From NCBI GenBank assembly GCA_030390025.1, contig CM059438.1, positions 59,770,001 through 59,834,000 of the forward strand: DNA of 64,000 nt, in the 5' to 3' direction. The DNA comes from Squalus acanthias (lineage: Eukaryota). The notes beneath the pieces are model-generated. The model did not search any database, had not been told where the DNA came from, and saw nothing but the letters and a program-made list of their open reading frames with translations. Below, one piece after another: positions 23,301 through 35,262 of the stretch (its first letter is position 1; each line of letters starts with the position of its first letter). A program made the translations under genes and the position numbers.

Positions 23301-26300
23301 CTGCCACATGCCCCAGTCCCTCTCTCACTGCCACAGGCCCCAGTCCCTCTCTCACTGCCACAGGCCCCAGTCCCTCTCTCACTGCCACAGGCCCCAGTCC
23401 CTCTCTCACTGCCACAGGCCTCAGTCCCTCTCTCACTGCCACAGGCCCCAGTCCCTTTCTCACTGCCACAGGCCTCCCTCCCTCTCTCCCTGCCAAGGCC
23501 CCAGTCCCTCTCTCACTGCCACAGGCCCCAGTCCCTCTCTCACTGCCACAGGCCTCAGTCCCTCTCTCACTGCCACAGGCCTCAGTCCCTCTCTCACTGC
23601 CACAGGCCCCAGTCCCTCTCTCACTGCCACAGGCCTCAGGATCTCTCTCCCTGCCAAGGTCCCAGTCTCTCTCTCACTGCCACAGGCCCCAGTCCCTCTC
23701 TCACTGCCACAGGCCTCAGTCCCTCTCTCACTGCCACAGGCCCCAGTCTCTCTCTCACTGCCACAGGCCCCAGTCCTTCTCTCAGTGCCACAGGCCCCAG
23801 TTCCTCTCCCACTGCCACAGGCCCCAGCCTCTCTCTCACTGCCAAGGCCCCAGTCTCTCTCTCACTGCCACAGCCTCAGTCCCTCCCTCACTGCCACAGG
23901 CCCCAGTCCCTCTCTCACTGCCACAGGCCCCAGTCCCTCTCTCACTGCCACAGGCCTCAATCCCTCTCTCACTGCCACAGGCCCCAGTCCCTCTCTCACT
24001 GCCACAGGCCCCAGTTACTCTCTCACTGCCACTGGCCTCAGCCCTCTGCCACAGGCCCCAGTCCCTCTCTCACTGCCACAGGCCCCAGTCCCTCTCTCAC
24101 TGCCACAGGCCTCCCTCCCTCTCTCACTGCCAAGGCCGCAGTCCCTCTCTCACTGCCACAGGCCTCAATCCCTCTCTCACTGCCACATGCCCCAGTCCCT
24201 CTCTCACTGCCACAGGCCCCAGTCCCTCTCTCACTGCCACAGGCCCCAGTCCCTCTCTCACTGCCACAGGCCTCAGTCCCTCTCTCACTGCCACAGGCCC
24301 CAGTCCCTTTCTCACTGCCACAGGCCTCAGGCCCTCTCTCCCTGCCAAGGTCCCAGTTCCTCTCTCACTGCCACAGGCCCCAGTCTCTCTCTCACTGCCA
24401 CAGGCCCCAGTCCCTCTCTCACTGCCACAGGCCCCAGTTCCTCTCCCACTGCCACAGGCCTCCCTCCCTCTCTCCCTGCCAAGGCCCCAGTCCCTCTCTC
24501 ACTGCCACAGGCCCCAGTCCCTCTCTCACTGCCACAGGCCTCAGTCCCTCTCTCACTGCCACAGGCCTCAGTCCCTCTCTCACTGCCACAGGCCCCATTC
24601 CCTCTCTCACTGCCACAGGCCTCAGGATCTCTCTCCCTGCCAAGGTCCCAGTCCCTCTCTCACTGCCACAGGCCCCAGTCCCTCTCTCACTGCCACAGGC
24701 CTCAGTCCCTCTCTCACTGCCACAGGCCCCAGTCCCTCCCTCACTGCCACAGGCCACAGTCCCTCTCTCACTGCCACAGGCCTCAGGCCCTCTCTCCCTG
24801 CCAAGGTCCCAGTCCCTCTCTCACTGCCACAGGCCACAGTCCCTCTCTCACTGCCACAGGCCCAGTCCCTCTCTCACTGCCACAGGCCCTAGTCCCTCTC
24901 TCACTGCCACAGGCCCCAGTCCCTCTCTCACTGCCACAGGCCTCAGTCCCTCTCTCACTGCCACAGGCCCCAGTCCCTCTCTCACTGCCACAGGCCTCAG
25001 TCCCTCTCTCACTGCCACAGGCCTCAGGCCCTCTCTCCCTGCCAAGGTCCTAGTCCCTCTCTCACTGCCACAGGCCCCAGTCCCTCTCTCACTGCCACAG
25101 GCCCCAGTCCCTCTCTCACTGCCACAGGCCTCAGGCCCTCTCTCCCTGCCAAGGTCCCAGTCCCTCTCTCACTGCCACAGGCCTCACTTCCTCTCTCACT
25201 GCCACAGGCCCCAGTCCCTCTCTCACTGCCACAGGCCTCAGGCCCTCTCTCCCTGCCAAGGTCCCAGTCCCTCTCTCACTGCCACAGGCCCTAGTCACTC
25301 TCTCACTGCCACAGGCCCCAGTCCCTCTCTCACTGCCACAGGCCCCAGTTCCTCTCCCACTGCCACAGGCCTCCCTCCCTCTCTCCCTGCCAAGGCCCCA
25401 GTCCCTCTCTCACTGCCACAGGCCCCAGTCCCTCTCTCACTGCCACAGGCCTCAGTCCCTCTCTCACTGCCACAGGCCTCAGTCCCTCTCTCACTGCCAC
25501 AGGCCCCATTCCCTCTCTCACTGCCACAGGCCTCAGGATCTCTCTCCCTGCCAAGGTCCCAGTCCCTCTCTCACTGCCACAGGCCCCAGTCCCTCTCTCA
25601 CTGCCACAGGCCTCAGTCCCTCTCTCACTGCCACAGGCCCCAGTCCCTCCCTCACTGCCACAGGCCACAGTCCCTCTCTCACTGCCACAGGCCTCAGGCC
25701 CTCTCTCCCTGCCAAGGTCCCAGTCCCTCTCTCACTGCCACAGGCCACAGTCCCTCTCTCACTGCCACAGGCCCCAGTCCCTCTCTCACTGCCACAGGCC
25801 CTAGTCCCTCTCTCACTGCCACAGGCCCCAGTCCCTCTCTCACTGCCACAGGCCTCAGTCCCTCTCTCACTGCCACAGGCCCCAGTCCCTCTCTCACTGC
25901 CACAGGCCTCAGTCCCTCTCTCACTGCCACAGGCCTCAGGCCCTCTCTCCCTGCCAAGGTCCTAGTCCCTCTCTCACTGCCACAGGCCCCAGTCCCTCTC
26001 TCACTGCCACAGGCCCCAGTCCCTCTCTCACTGCCACAGGCCTCAGGCCCTCTCTCCCTGCCAAGGTCCCAGTCCCTCTCTCACTGCCACAGGCCTCACT
26101 TCCTCTCTCACTGCCACAGGCCCCAGTCCCTCTCTCACTGCCACAGGCCTCAGGCCCTCTCTCCCTGCCAAGGTCCCAGTCCCTCTCTCACTGCCACAGG
26201 CCCTAGTCACTCTCTCACTGCCACAGGCCCCAGTCCCTCTCTCACTGCCACAGGCCCAAGTCCCTCTCTCACTGCCACAGGCCCCAGTCCCTCTCTCACT

Positions 26301-26773
26301 GCCACAGGCCCCAGTCCCTCTCCCACTGCCACAGGCCCCAGTCTCTCTCCCACTGCCACAGGCCTCAGTCCCTCTCTCACTGCCACAGGCCCCAGTCCCT
26401 CTCTCAGTGCCACAGGCCCCAGTCCCTCTCTCACTGCCACAGGCCCCAGTCCCTCTCTCACTGCCACAGGCCTCAGACCCTCTCTCACTGCCACAGGCCC
26501 CAGTCTCTCTCCCACTGCCACAGGCCTCAGGCCCTCTCTCACTGCCACAGGCCCCAGTCCCAGTCCCAGTCCCACAGGCCCCAGTCCCACAGGCCCCAGT
26601 CCCAGTCCCACAGGCCCCAGTCCCAATCCCACAGGCCCCAGTCCCTCTCTCACTGCCACAGGCCTCAGTCCCAGTCCCACAGGCCCCAGTCCCTCTCCCA
26701 CTGCCACAGGCCCCAGTCGCAGTCCCACAGGCCTCAGACCCTCTCCCACTGCCACAGGCCCCAGACCCTCTCC
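20347..26773. repeat. 27-bp GC-rich minisatellite array (about 240 unit-lengths), consensus CACTGCCACAGGCCCCAGTCCCTCTCT
   Basis: Directly visible. Includes 15-bp (CCACAGGCCCCAGTC) and 6-bp (CCAGTC) sub-unit variants and higher-order duplications. Confidence 0.97.
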
Positions 26774-26936
26774 TCCTGCAGTCGCTGCCTCTCTCCCACT
26801 GCTAGGACCTGTTTCCTAAAGTTAATAGAAACGACAGCCAGATGATGTGTAAACGTGCAGCCTTGTTCCTCTCAGGTGATACTAAGCTGCTTCATTGCCA
26901 GATTAAAATGGGCAGAACCACTTCAATTTAATTAGT

Positions 26937-27160
26937 TCGATAGCAAAATACTGCGGATGCTGGAAATCCGAAATAACAACAGAAAACGCTGGAAAAACTC
27001 AGCAGGCCAGGCAGCATCCGTGGAGAGAGAAAGAGAGTTAACGTTTCAGGTCGATGACCTTTCATCGAAAGGTCATCGACCTGAAACGTTAACTCTCTTT
27101 CTCTCTCCACGGATGCTGCCTGGCCTGCTGAGTTTTTCCAGCGTTTTCTGTTGTTATTTC
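26937..27160. mobile_element. Penelope-like inverted pseudo-LTR element (perfect 94-bp-arm palindrome plus a one-sided tail)
   Basis: Arms 26970-27063 and 27067-27160 with loop ATC; unpaired tail 26941-26969. TSD AATTTAATTAGT at 26925-26936 / 27161-27172. Confidence 0.75.
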
Positions 27161-27274
27161 AATTTAATTAGTGTTTGATTTATTTAATCAACTTGCCAAT
27201 CTTTCCCCCTGACAACAAGAACAACCACCTCCGTTTATACAGCACCTTTAAAGTAATAAATGATCCCGAGGAGC

Positions 27275-30200
27275 TGACTGTCACAGGCAACAACTGCCAG
27301 CTGACTGGTGTACTCCAGGCTGAAGTGTTCGGCCTCAGTGAGTAGCTGGTCACACCTCAAGTTATCAGAGAGGGAGAAAGCTTTATAGATGAGGTGTTAG
27401 AGATGAGCACGCTGGGTGTTGGAGTAGGAGAGGAGCTGCTGGTTCCTGGAGGGGGAACGTGGGTATTTGTTAGAAAGGAGGCCAGAAGTCAAGGTCGGGT
27501 AAGTGGGGCAGGAGCAGTTATTCCCTGTGTTCTCCGTGAGTTCCTCTCCTTCTCAATTGAAATGATGTGGAGACTCAGGAGGTGGCTGCGACAGGTGAGG
27601 CTGTGCCATGCACTGGGGCAATCCAGCCGCCTCGGGCCATGCACTGTGGCAATCCTGCCGCCTCGGGCCATGCACTGGGGCAATCCATCGCCTCGGGCCA
27701 TGCACTGGGACAATCCAGCCACCTCGGGCCATGCACTGGGGCAATCCATCGCCTCGGGCCATGCACTGGGGCAATCCAACCGCCTCGGGCCAGGCACTGG
27801 GGCAATCCATTGCCTCGGGCCATGCACTGGGGCAATCCATCGCCTCGGGCCATGCACTGGGGCAATCCATCGCCTCAGGCCATGCACTGGGGCAATCCAT
27901 CGCCTCAGGACATGCACTGGGGCAATCCAACCGCCTCGGGCCATGCACTGGGGCAATCCATCGCCTTGGGCCATGCACTGGGGCAATCCAACCGCCTCGG
28001 GCCATGCACTGGGGCAATCCATCGCCTCAGGCCATGCACTGGGGCAATCCATCGCCTCAGGCCATGCACTGGGGCAATCCATCGCCTCAGGACATGCACT
28101 GGGGCAATCCAACCGCCTCGGGCCATGCACTGGGGCAATCCATCGCCTTGGGCCATGCACTGGGGCAATCCAACCGCCTCGGGCCATGCACTGGGGCAAT
28201 CCATCGCCTCAGGCCATGCACTGGGGCAATCCATCGCCTCGGGCCATGCACTGGGGCAATCCATCGCCTTGGGCCATGCACTGGGGCAACCCAGCCGCCT
28301 CGGGCCATGCACTGGGGCAATCCATCGCCTCAGGCCAGGCACTGGGGCAATCCAATCGCCTCGGGTGAGGCACTGGGGCAATCCATCGCCTCGGGCCATG
28401 GACTGGGGCAATCCAGCTGCCTCGAGCCATGCACTGGGGCAATCCATCGCCTCGGGTCAGGCACTGGGGCAATCCATTGCCTCGGGCCATGCACTGGGGC
28501 AATCCAGCCGCCTCGGGCCATGCACTGGGGCAATCCAGCCGCCTCGGGTCATGCACTGGGGCAATCCAGCCGCCTCGGGCCATGCACTGGGGCAATCCAG
28601 CCGCCTCTGGCCATGCACTGGGGCAATCCATCACCTCGGGTCATGCACTGGGGCAATCCAGCTGCCTCGGGCCATGCACTGGGGCAATCCAGCCACCTCG
28701 GGCCATGCACTGGGACAATCCAGCCGCCTCGGGCCATGCACTGGGGCAATCCATCGCCTCGGGTCATGCACTGGGGCAATCCAGCCGCCTCGGGCCATGC
28801 ACTGGGGCAATCCAGCCGCCTCGGGCCATGCACTGGGGCAATCCAGCCACCTCGGGCCATGCACTGGGACAATCCAGCCGCCTCGGGCCATGCACTGGGG
28901 CAATCCAGCTGCCTCGGGCCATGCACTGGGGCAATCCAACCGCCTCGGGCCATGCACTGGGGCAATCCATCGCCTCGGGTCATGCACTGGGGCAATCCAG
29001 CCGCCTCGGGCCATGCACTGAGGCAATCCATCGCCTCGGGCCATGCACTGGGGCAATCCAGCCGCCTCGGGCCATGCACTGGGGCAATCCAGCCACCTCG
29101 GGCCATGCACTGGGGCAATCCAGCTGCCTCGGGCCATGCACTGGGGCAATCCAACCGCCTCGGGCCATGCACTGGGGCAATCCATCGCCTCGGGTCATGC
29201 ACTGGGGCAATCCAGCCGCCTCGGGCCATGCACTGAGGCAATCCATCGCCTCGGGCCATGCACTGGGGCAATCCAGCCGCCTCGGGCCATGCACTGGGGC
29301 AATCCAGCCACCTCGGGCCATGCACTGGGGCAATCCAGCCACCTCGGGCCATGCACTGGGGCAGCCTGCCAAGGAAGGAGGAAATACGATAAAGAGGAGC
29401 AGATAAGTTGTGGTATTGGAAGATTCGATACAGCTCCACCTAAACAAAAGTTTGTTGGCAGGCAGGATAGATAGAATGGTGGGAATGTTTAAACCAGATG
29501 CGGGGAAGGTTGCAGTTGATGTAAGAGATCACCCGCGCCGATTGGAGCAAACCTTAAGGTGTACCAGGAAAACATAAATCAAAGGTTAATATGTCTAATT
29601 CTAATGGGGGAGGGGGGGGAGAAAAGTGGAATAAAAATGTTAATAAAGTAAATGGGAAAGGTAAAGAGCATTGGAGCTGTGCTTGTATTAATGCAAGAAG
29701 TCTGACAAATAAGATGTGTCATCTGGAAGGTCTTGTAGGGTTTGATAGATTGGACATCATTAGTGTCACAGAGACTTTGTGGAATGATTCCAATCAATGG
29801 GCTACATATCTGGAAGGATAGAAATTGTTTAGAAGAGACTGGAGGTGGCGTGACAGTAAATATAAACTCCAGTATTGAGGCACAAGTAAGAGAGGATATA
29901 ACAAAGGAAAGGGCAGACACAGAATCACTTTGGGTAAAATTAAGAGATGGTAACAAAGGGAAACGATACTGGGAGTTTGCTACAGACCCCCAAGCCAGGG
30001 TGAAAGCCTTGATCTGGAACTGTAGGATGAGATAAGGAAGGCGATTGGTAAAGGACAAACTAGAAGAGTTGGAGATTTTACCTTACCAGAAATTGACCGG
30101 GACAATAATGTCTCCTCTGGTGGGACGGGAAGGATTTCTAGAATTAATGGTAGACTCTTTTATGACTCATTTTGTAAAAGAGCCAAAACCTTGAAATTAA

Positions 30201-31055
30201 TTACGAGCAATCTCAATATAATCTCCAAGACAAAGGTGAGTGAGGCTTTAAGTACCAAAATTAAAGCCCTGGTTAGGCGGGACTACCAAGAAACTCATAA
30301 AGAAGGGCAAAATAAAAGAGGTATTTAAGGCCATGAAGGAAAATGGCAGAATTAAGATGGATTCAATACCAAAAGGAATGTCAGGAGTATAGAAAAGGCA
30401 CCAGAATGGCAAAGAAAAGAATCACATTGAATATGACAAGAGGAGTGAAGGATAATCACAAAAAGGTTTCTAGTTATATTAAGGCAAAAAGGAAAAACGA
30501 GGAATGGAGTGGGGCCACTGAAAGCGGGATCGGGTGAAGGCAGGACAACTCAACCTGCTGAAGTACTAAATAAGTTTATTGCCTCATTTCTTACCAAGCA
30601 GGCGAGAGGTATTAAAGAAAAAATCATGGGGCATCTGGATAGAAGTAATATCATAGCCAATATGAGTTCATAAAGGGAGGGTCTTGCCAATTTAACTTGC
30701 TGGTTTTCTTTGACTTGCTAGCCCAGTTAGATACTTATTTTCCAAGGAGTATGTGGCTCCTTATTCCTCCTACCAGAATGCACCACCTCACACTTACCGA
30801 TATTGAAATTTATTTACCATTTACACACCCATTCTGCAAGTTGATTAACACCCTCTTGTATTTTGTTGCAGACTTCTTCAGTATTAACGATACCCCCAAT
30901 TTAGCATTGTAGACTTGGATTTCAGTAAGGACTTTGATACGATTACTCTGGAAAGGCCGGTACTGAAAATAAAGAAAGCGAGAATCAGTGGAAATGTTTT
31001 GCAATGGATACGTAATTGGTTAACCCAGAGGGTGGTGGTACAAGGGATTGTCATC
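27275..31055 (+). mobile_element. Old, internally deleted CR1-type LINE (ORF1 and ORF2 remnants) hosting the 30/31-bp satellite
   Basis: ORF1-like IREGESFIDEVL before the array and VVVLEDSI (GDSI esterase-like) after it. Endonuclease CINARSL, ISVTETLW, GGGV and ESLWVKL; RT remnants to about 31050. An inverted CR1 piece lies at about 30720-30910. Confidence 0.7.
27605..29363. repeat. 30/31-bp minisatellite (about 57 units), GCCATGCACTGGGGCAATCC(ATC/AGCC)GCCTCGG
   Basis: Directly visible. Confidence 0.97.
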
Positions 31056-31108
31056 ATCAATTGTGCCCTGTGCTCTTTGTAAATCACCCGTCTGTTGTTC
31101 GCCTGCAG

Positions 31109-31347
31109 GTCATTTCATACAGCCGGTTTGGAGAGACTCCAAGGAGATCGGGGTTGGCCTGGCATCTGATGATAAAGGTCTCACCGTCATGGCTCAGATC
31201 GACAAAGCCGGTAACATCACCGACCTGGGATACTTTGCTAAAAATATGCTGCCCGTTGGCAGCAAGGTGAAGGAGGGCGAGGGTGGGTCGGCCCAAGGAG
31301 AGAGGGTCAAGACACCTGGCGCACCAGGAACAAGCCGGGTGGCACCA
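31109..31347 (+). CDS. GLIPR2: GLIPR2-like module 1 exon C, degenerate; donor altered, may read through to the stop at 31458
   Basis: Acceptor gcctgcag. Translates GHFIQPVWRDSKEIGVGLASDDKGLTVMAQIDKAGNITDLGYFAKNMLPVGSKVKEGEGG...RVAP. Homologous to 40828-41076 but 7 nt shorter at the donor. Confidence 0.7.
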
Positions 31348-32943
31348 GTATGCTCTTCGTTGTCTAAAATAATTCTCCATTTCTGTCAGAGATATGAAAA
31401 CAAGGAACTGGAGTTTAACTCTCCCTGCCTGGCAGAAACCGGGGAGGTAGGCAGTTAAATACAAGCAGGTTATATACCCACTCACATCCCAACCATTTCC
31501 CGTTTTTGGATGAGACATGCACCAAAAGTAAGCCGGAGAATCATAAATTTATGCAAACCAGTTCCTATTACATCAATAGGACCCCGATAGAGTTTTACCT
31601 GTGGCCCGAGCAGAGAGGCCACAGGGGCTTTTCCACGAGGCAGAAACCGGTCTGAAGATGGAAGAGGCCCTGTCGGGTTAAGTCTAAAACTTTCCCTTAG
31701 GGGACCAGGAGGAGCAGGATGGTTCCCCGGACTCCACCCGCTTCCCTCCCGCGAGGCCCTCGCAAAACTCGCCACCAATTACTTGGAAGCCGGCAGGTGG
31801 CCAAGAGCCGCCTGATCCACTTTGCCTGCCGGCAGCCACTCTGTGCCTGTTCCAGGTGGGAAGTGAACTGTCAGCATTTAAATGAGGCCCAGGTGTTGAA
31901 ACACTCCGGGCCTGTCAATTAGGTATTTCACACTCACCCCTCCGCCACTGTCCAAAACCTGCTGTGGGTTAAAATCTAACCCCCCAAGTGTCAACAATGG
32001 TTGACCTGGGACAGCGACCCAAGTCAACTGACCCAAGAATGTAGTCAGGTGGTTCCTGATCGCTCTGAACAGAGCCCAGGGGAGCCTGGTTTACACGGTC
32101 CTTTAGAGCAGTCCACAGGCTGAGGCTTCTACAGGCGCTTTCACTCCGAACTGACAGCGACACAGTGAGAAAGCAGCAGAGAGAAACAATGGCCCAGAAA
32201 TTAGGCTCCCTGGCTTCCCGCGGGTGCAAGGATCCCGCGCGCACCTACCTACCGCGCCTGCCGTTGACCTCTGGGCCCACGGGGACTTCAGCTCCTGGGC
32301 CTCCTGCAGCTGCCGGCGCGCAGTGCTTGTGTATCCCAGGGGCGATGCATCCCCTGGGATCACGTGAGCCATGGAGAGCCAATGGCAGCAGACCATCTTT
32401 CATTCATAGATTTGACAGAAGACCTGTCAAATCTATGAATTGAAATCGGCCCCAAAACAACACCTAAACTTCAAATACATTTTTTTTAAACCATCACATT
32501 TTTAAAATAACTATAAGTTAAATAAATTAACTACTTTAAACAAAAATTAAAATTTTTGAAAAAATTAAAATACTTACCTTTCTTTAAAGTATCTAAAAAA
32601 GGTAATTAATTAGCCACTTACTTTGTTGAAAACGGGTCTTGCGCCTCCTTTTTAAATGTGCAGCTTCTTCAATACTTACCTTCCTGGAGAAACCTGAAAC
32701 AAACCTAAGTTCGCTGCGTTTGCGCAGCCTCTCCCGCGAACGCGGTTCACCTCTCAACCCCTCCCTTCACGAGACCAGAAGTTCCGGTTTCCCGCGCATG
32801 CGCAGTGCATGCAGGAAACCGACACTTCAGGAGGCCTTACGGGTGAGTACACAGCGCGTACTCACCCGGCAAGTGCCGAATTGTTGTCCCATTGAATATT
32901 CAGCACGGTGTAATTGTTCTCTGAAGTGTTAAGATGGGGTGTT

Positions 32944-33317
32944 AAGAGTTGGCAACTCTGATTGGACGTATTCCTGGAGGTTTCATCACGTGACCTCCCA
33001 CCTCCAACTGCCCCGCCCCCACATTCCCGTCATTGGTCGCCCGACACGTCCAATCTCGTGGCGCCCCACCTTCCCACAACCAATTGGAAAGCAAACAGAC
33101 TCTTGGTTGATTGGATGACTCTTGACTGTCGGTCAAACAGCCTTTCTCTCATTGCCAATATTTTTATAACTAATGCATGAAAGTGTTCAAAGAAAATGAA
33201 AAAACACCTTTGTTTTTTAACGCCTCGGTGATTTTTCTCCCGGGTCTCTCTCTTGCAGCTTGAGATTGATCTTTCATTCCCGGAGACTCCAGGACAACCC
33301 TGGAGGATTGGCGACTC
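32944..33317. mobile_element. hAT-like MITE
   Basis: Termini AGAGTTGGCAAC and GATTGGCGACTCT. Related copies at 5108-5320 and, inverted, at about 41397-41640. Confidence 0.5.
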
Positions 33318-34049
33318 TGCAGAGTGTGGGTTTGACTGTCCCTGCAGTGTTTCTCACTCATGCTGCTGTTCCATCGAATCAAATCACGCCTCTACACTGA
33401 TGAGCAATTTCCTTGTCAGCTGCAGCCACCTACAGGCTCCCATTGGAACACTGACGAACTCCCGTTCACACACGAATGCAACTGAATCTGGCATCCATGC
33501 TCTGAGACCGGAGATAGTGGAGTGAAATTGCACACGGGCGGGAGACGCAATACAGACGGATTGGCTTTTGCTGCCCGTCATACGACGCGCCCGATATTCA
33601 GTTCCATTGACACAACGCAACTGAATCTTGGGGCAGGGCGTAAAACAAGCGATCAGTGCGGTCCCGCCGGTTACAAGTTTCTGCCCGTGTGCAATTTCAC
33701 CCCCAGCTTGTCCAATCCTCCGCAATGTGCTCAGTGTGCGATGACCCCGACGGCAATCTTTCCTGACACACCTGCTGGTCTGATAAACGGAGACCCTGTT
33801 GATGATATTCCTCCGTGAGTTATGTTTCAGCATAGATTGGAATTGTAATCCACAGCACTCGTGCGGGGCCTTCCCAGTAACACAGGAACAGAGGCTGGGA
33901 AATTCCCAGGAGAGCGGAGGAAACCCAATGTGCAGACGTAATCGGGGTTCTGACACATGTCCAGCGAGGTAACACCAGCGGAGGGATTTCCCAGCCATAG
34001 TAACCGTCTCAGGCTATAGAACTTCGGCCCATTTAGTCCACCTATCCAC

Positions 34050-34156
34050 AGTTTCCTACATTACAACACTGACCATGCATCAAAAGTATCTTATTGGCTG
34101 TAAAGCGCTTACGGACGTCCTGAGGTGATGAAAGGCGCTATATAAATGCAAGTCTT
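34050..34156 (+). mobile_element. SINE 3' tail fragment
   Basis: Matches 10884-10992. Confidence 0.75.
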
Positions 34157-35262
34157 TAGAATCATAGAATAGAATCATAGAATGGTTACAGCACGGAAGG
34201 CGGCCATTCGGCCCGTCGAGCCCATGCCGGCTCTCTGCAAGAGCACTTCAGCTAGTCCCACTCCCCTGCCCTTTCCCTGTAGCCCTGCAAATTTTTTTCC
34301 TTCCGATACTTATCCAACTCCCTTTTGAAAGATAAGATTGAATCTGCCTCCACCACCCTTTCAGGCAGTGCATTCCAGATCATAACCACTCGTTGCATTA
34401 AAAAGTTTTTCCTCATGTCGCCTTTAGTTCTTTTGCCAATCACCTTAAATCTGTGTCCTCTGGTTCTCGACCCTTCTGCCAATGGGAACAGGTTCCCTCT
34501 ATCTACTCTGTCCAGACCCCTCATGATTTTGAACACCTCTATCAAATCTCCTCTCAATCTTCTCTGTTCCAAGGAGAACAACCCCAGCTTCTCCAGTCTA
34601 TCCACATAACTGAAGTCCCTCATTCCTGGAATCATTCTCGTAAATCTTTTCTGCACCCTCTCTAAGGCCTTCACATCCTTCTAAAGTGTGGTGCCCAGAA
34701 TTGACACAGTACTCCAGTTGGGGCCGAACCAGTGTTTTATACAAGTTCATCATAATTTCCACACTTTTGTACTCTATACCTCTATTTATGAGGCCCAGGA
34801 TCCCGTATGCTTTTTAATTGTCTCTCAACCTGCCCTGCCACCTTCAACAATTTGTGCACACATACCCCCAGGTTTCCCTGTTCGTGCATCCGCTTTAGGA
34901 TTGTACCATTTAGTTTATATATCCTCTCCTCATTCTTTCTACCAAAACGTATCACTTCACACTTTTCTGCGTTAAATTTCATCTGCCACGTGTCCGCCCA
35001 TTCCACCAGCCTGTCTGTGTCTTCCTGAAGTCTATCACTCTCCTCCTCACTGTTCACTATACTTCCAAGTTTTGTGTCATCTGCAAATTTTGAAATTGTG
35101 CCCTGTACACCCACGTCCAAGTCATTAATATGTATCAAGAAAAACAGTGGTCCTAGAACCGACCCCTGGGGAACACCACTGTGTACCTTCCTCCAGTCCG
35201 AAAAACAACCGTTCACCACTACTCTCTGTTACCTGTCACTTAGCCAATTCCGTATCCATGCT
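34157..35262 (-). mobile_element. 5'-truncated CR1-type LINE (C-terminal half of RT and 3' end)
   Basis: Encodes SGVPQGSVLGPLFFLIHINDLD, KFADDTKL, WQMKFNAEKC and RRLRGDLIEVFKIM; (TAGAATCA)n tail. Confidence 0.92.

Noticed and set aside
19948..26819. Very long ORFs (929, 1917, 694, 581 aa) as real mucin-like or His/Cys-rich proteins
   Set aside because: They follow from a stop-free 27-bp unit, drift among all three repeat frames, and one begins in antisense L2 sequence. I found no supporting exon structure.
27394..29474. Overlapping 300-540 aa ORFs on both strands
   Set aside because: Translation of the 30/31-bp minisatellite.
31405..34032. Several further candidate MITEs (about 31405-31984, 32100-32455, 33515-34030)
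   Set aside because: Ends resemble Harbinger-type TIRs, but the pairs are too degenerate to delimit confidently by eye.
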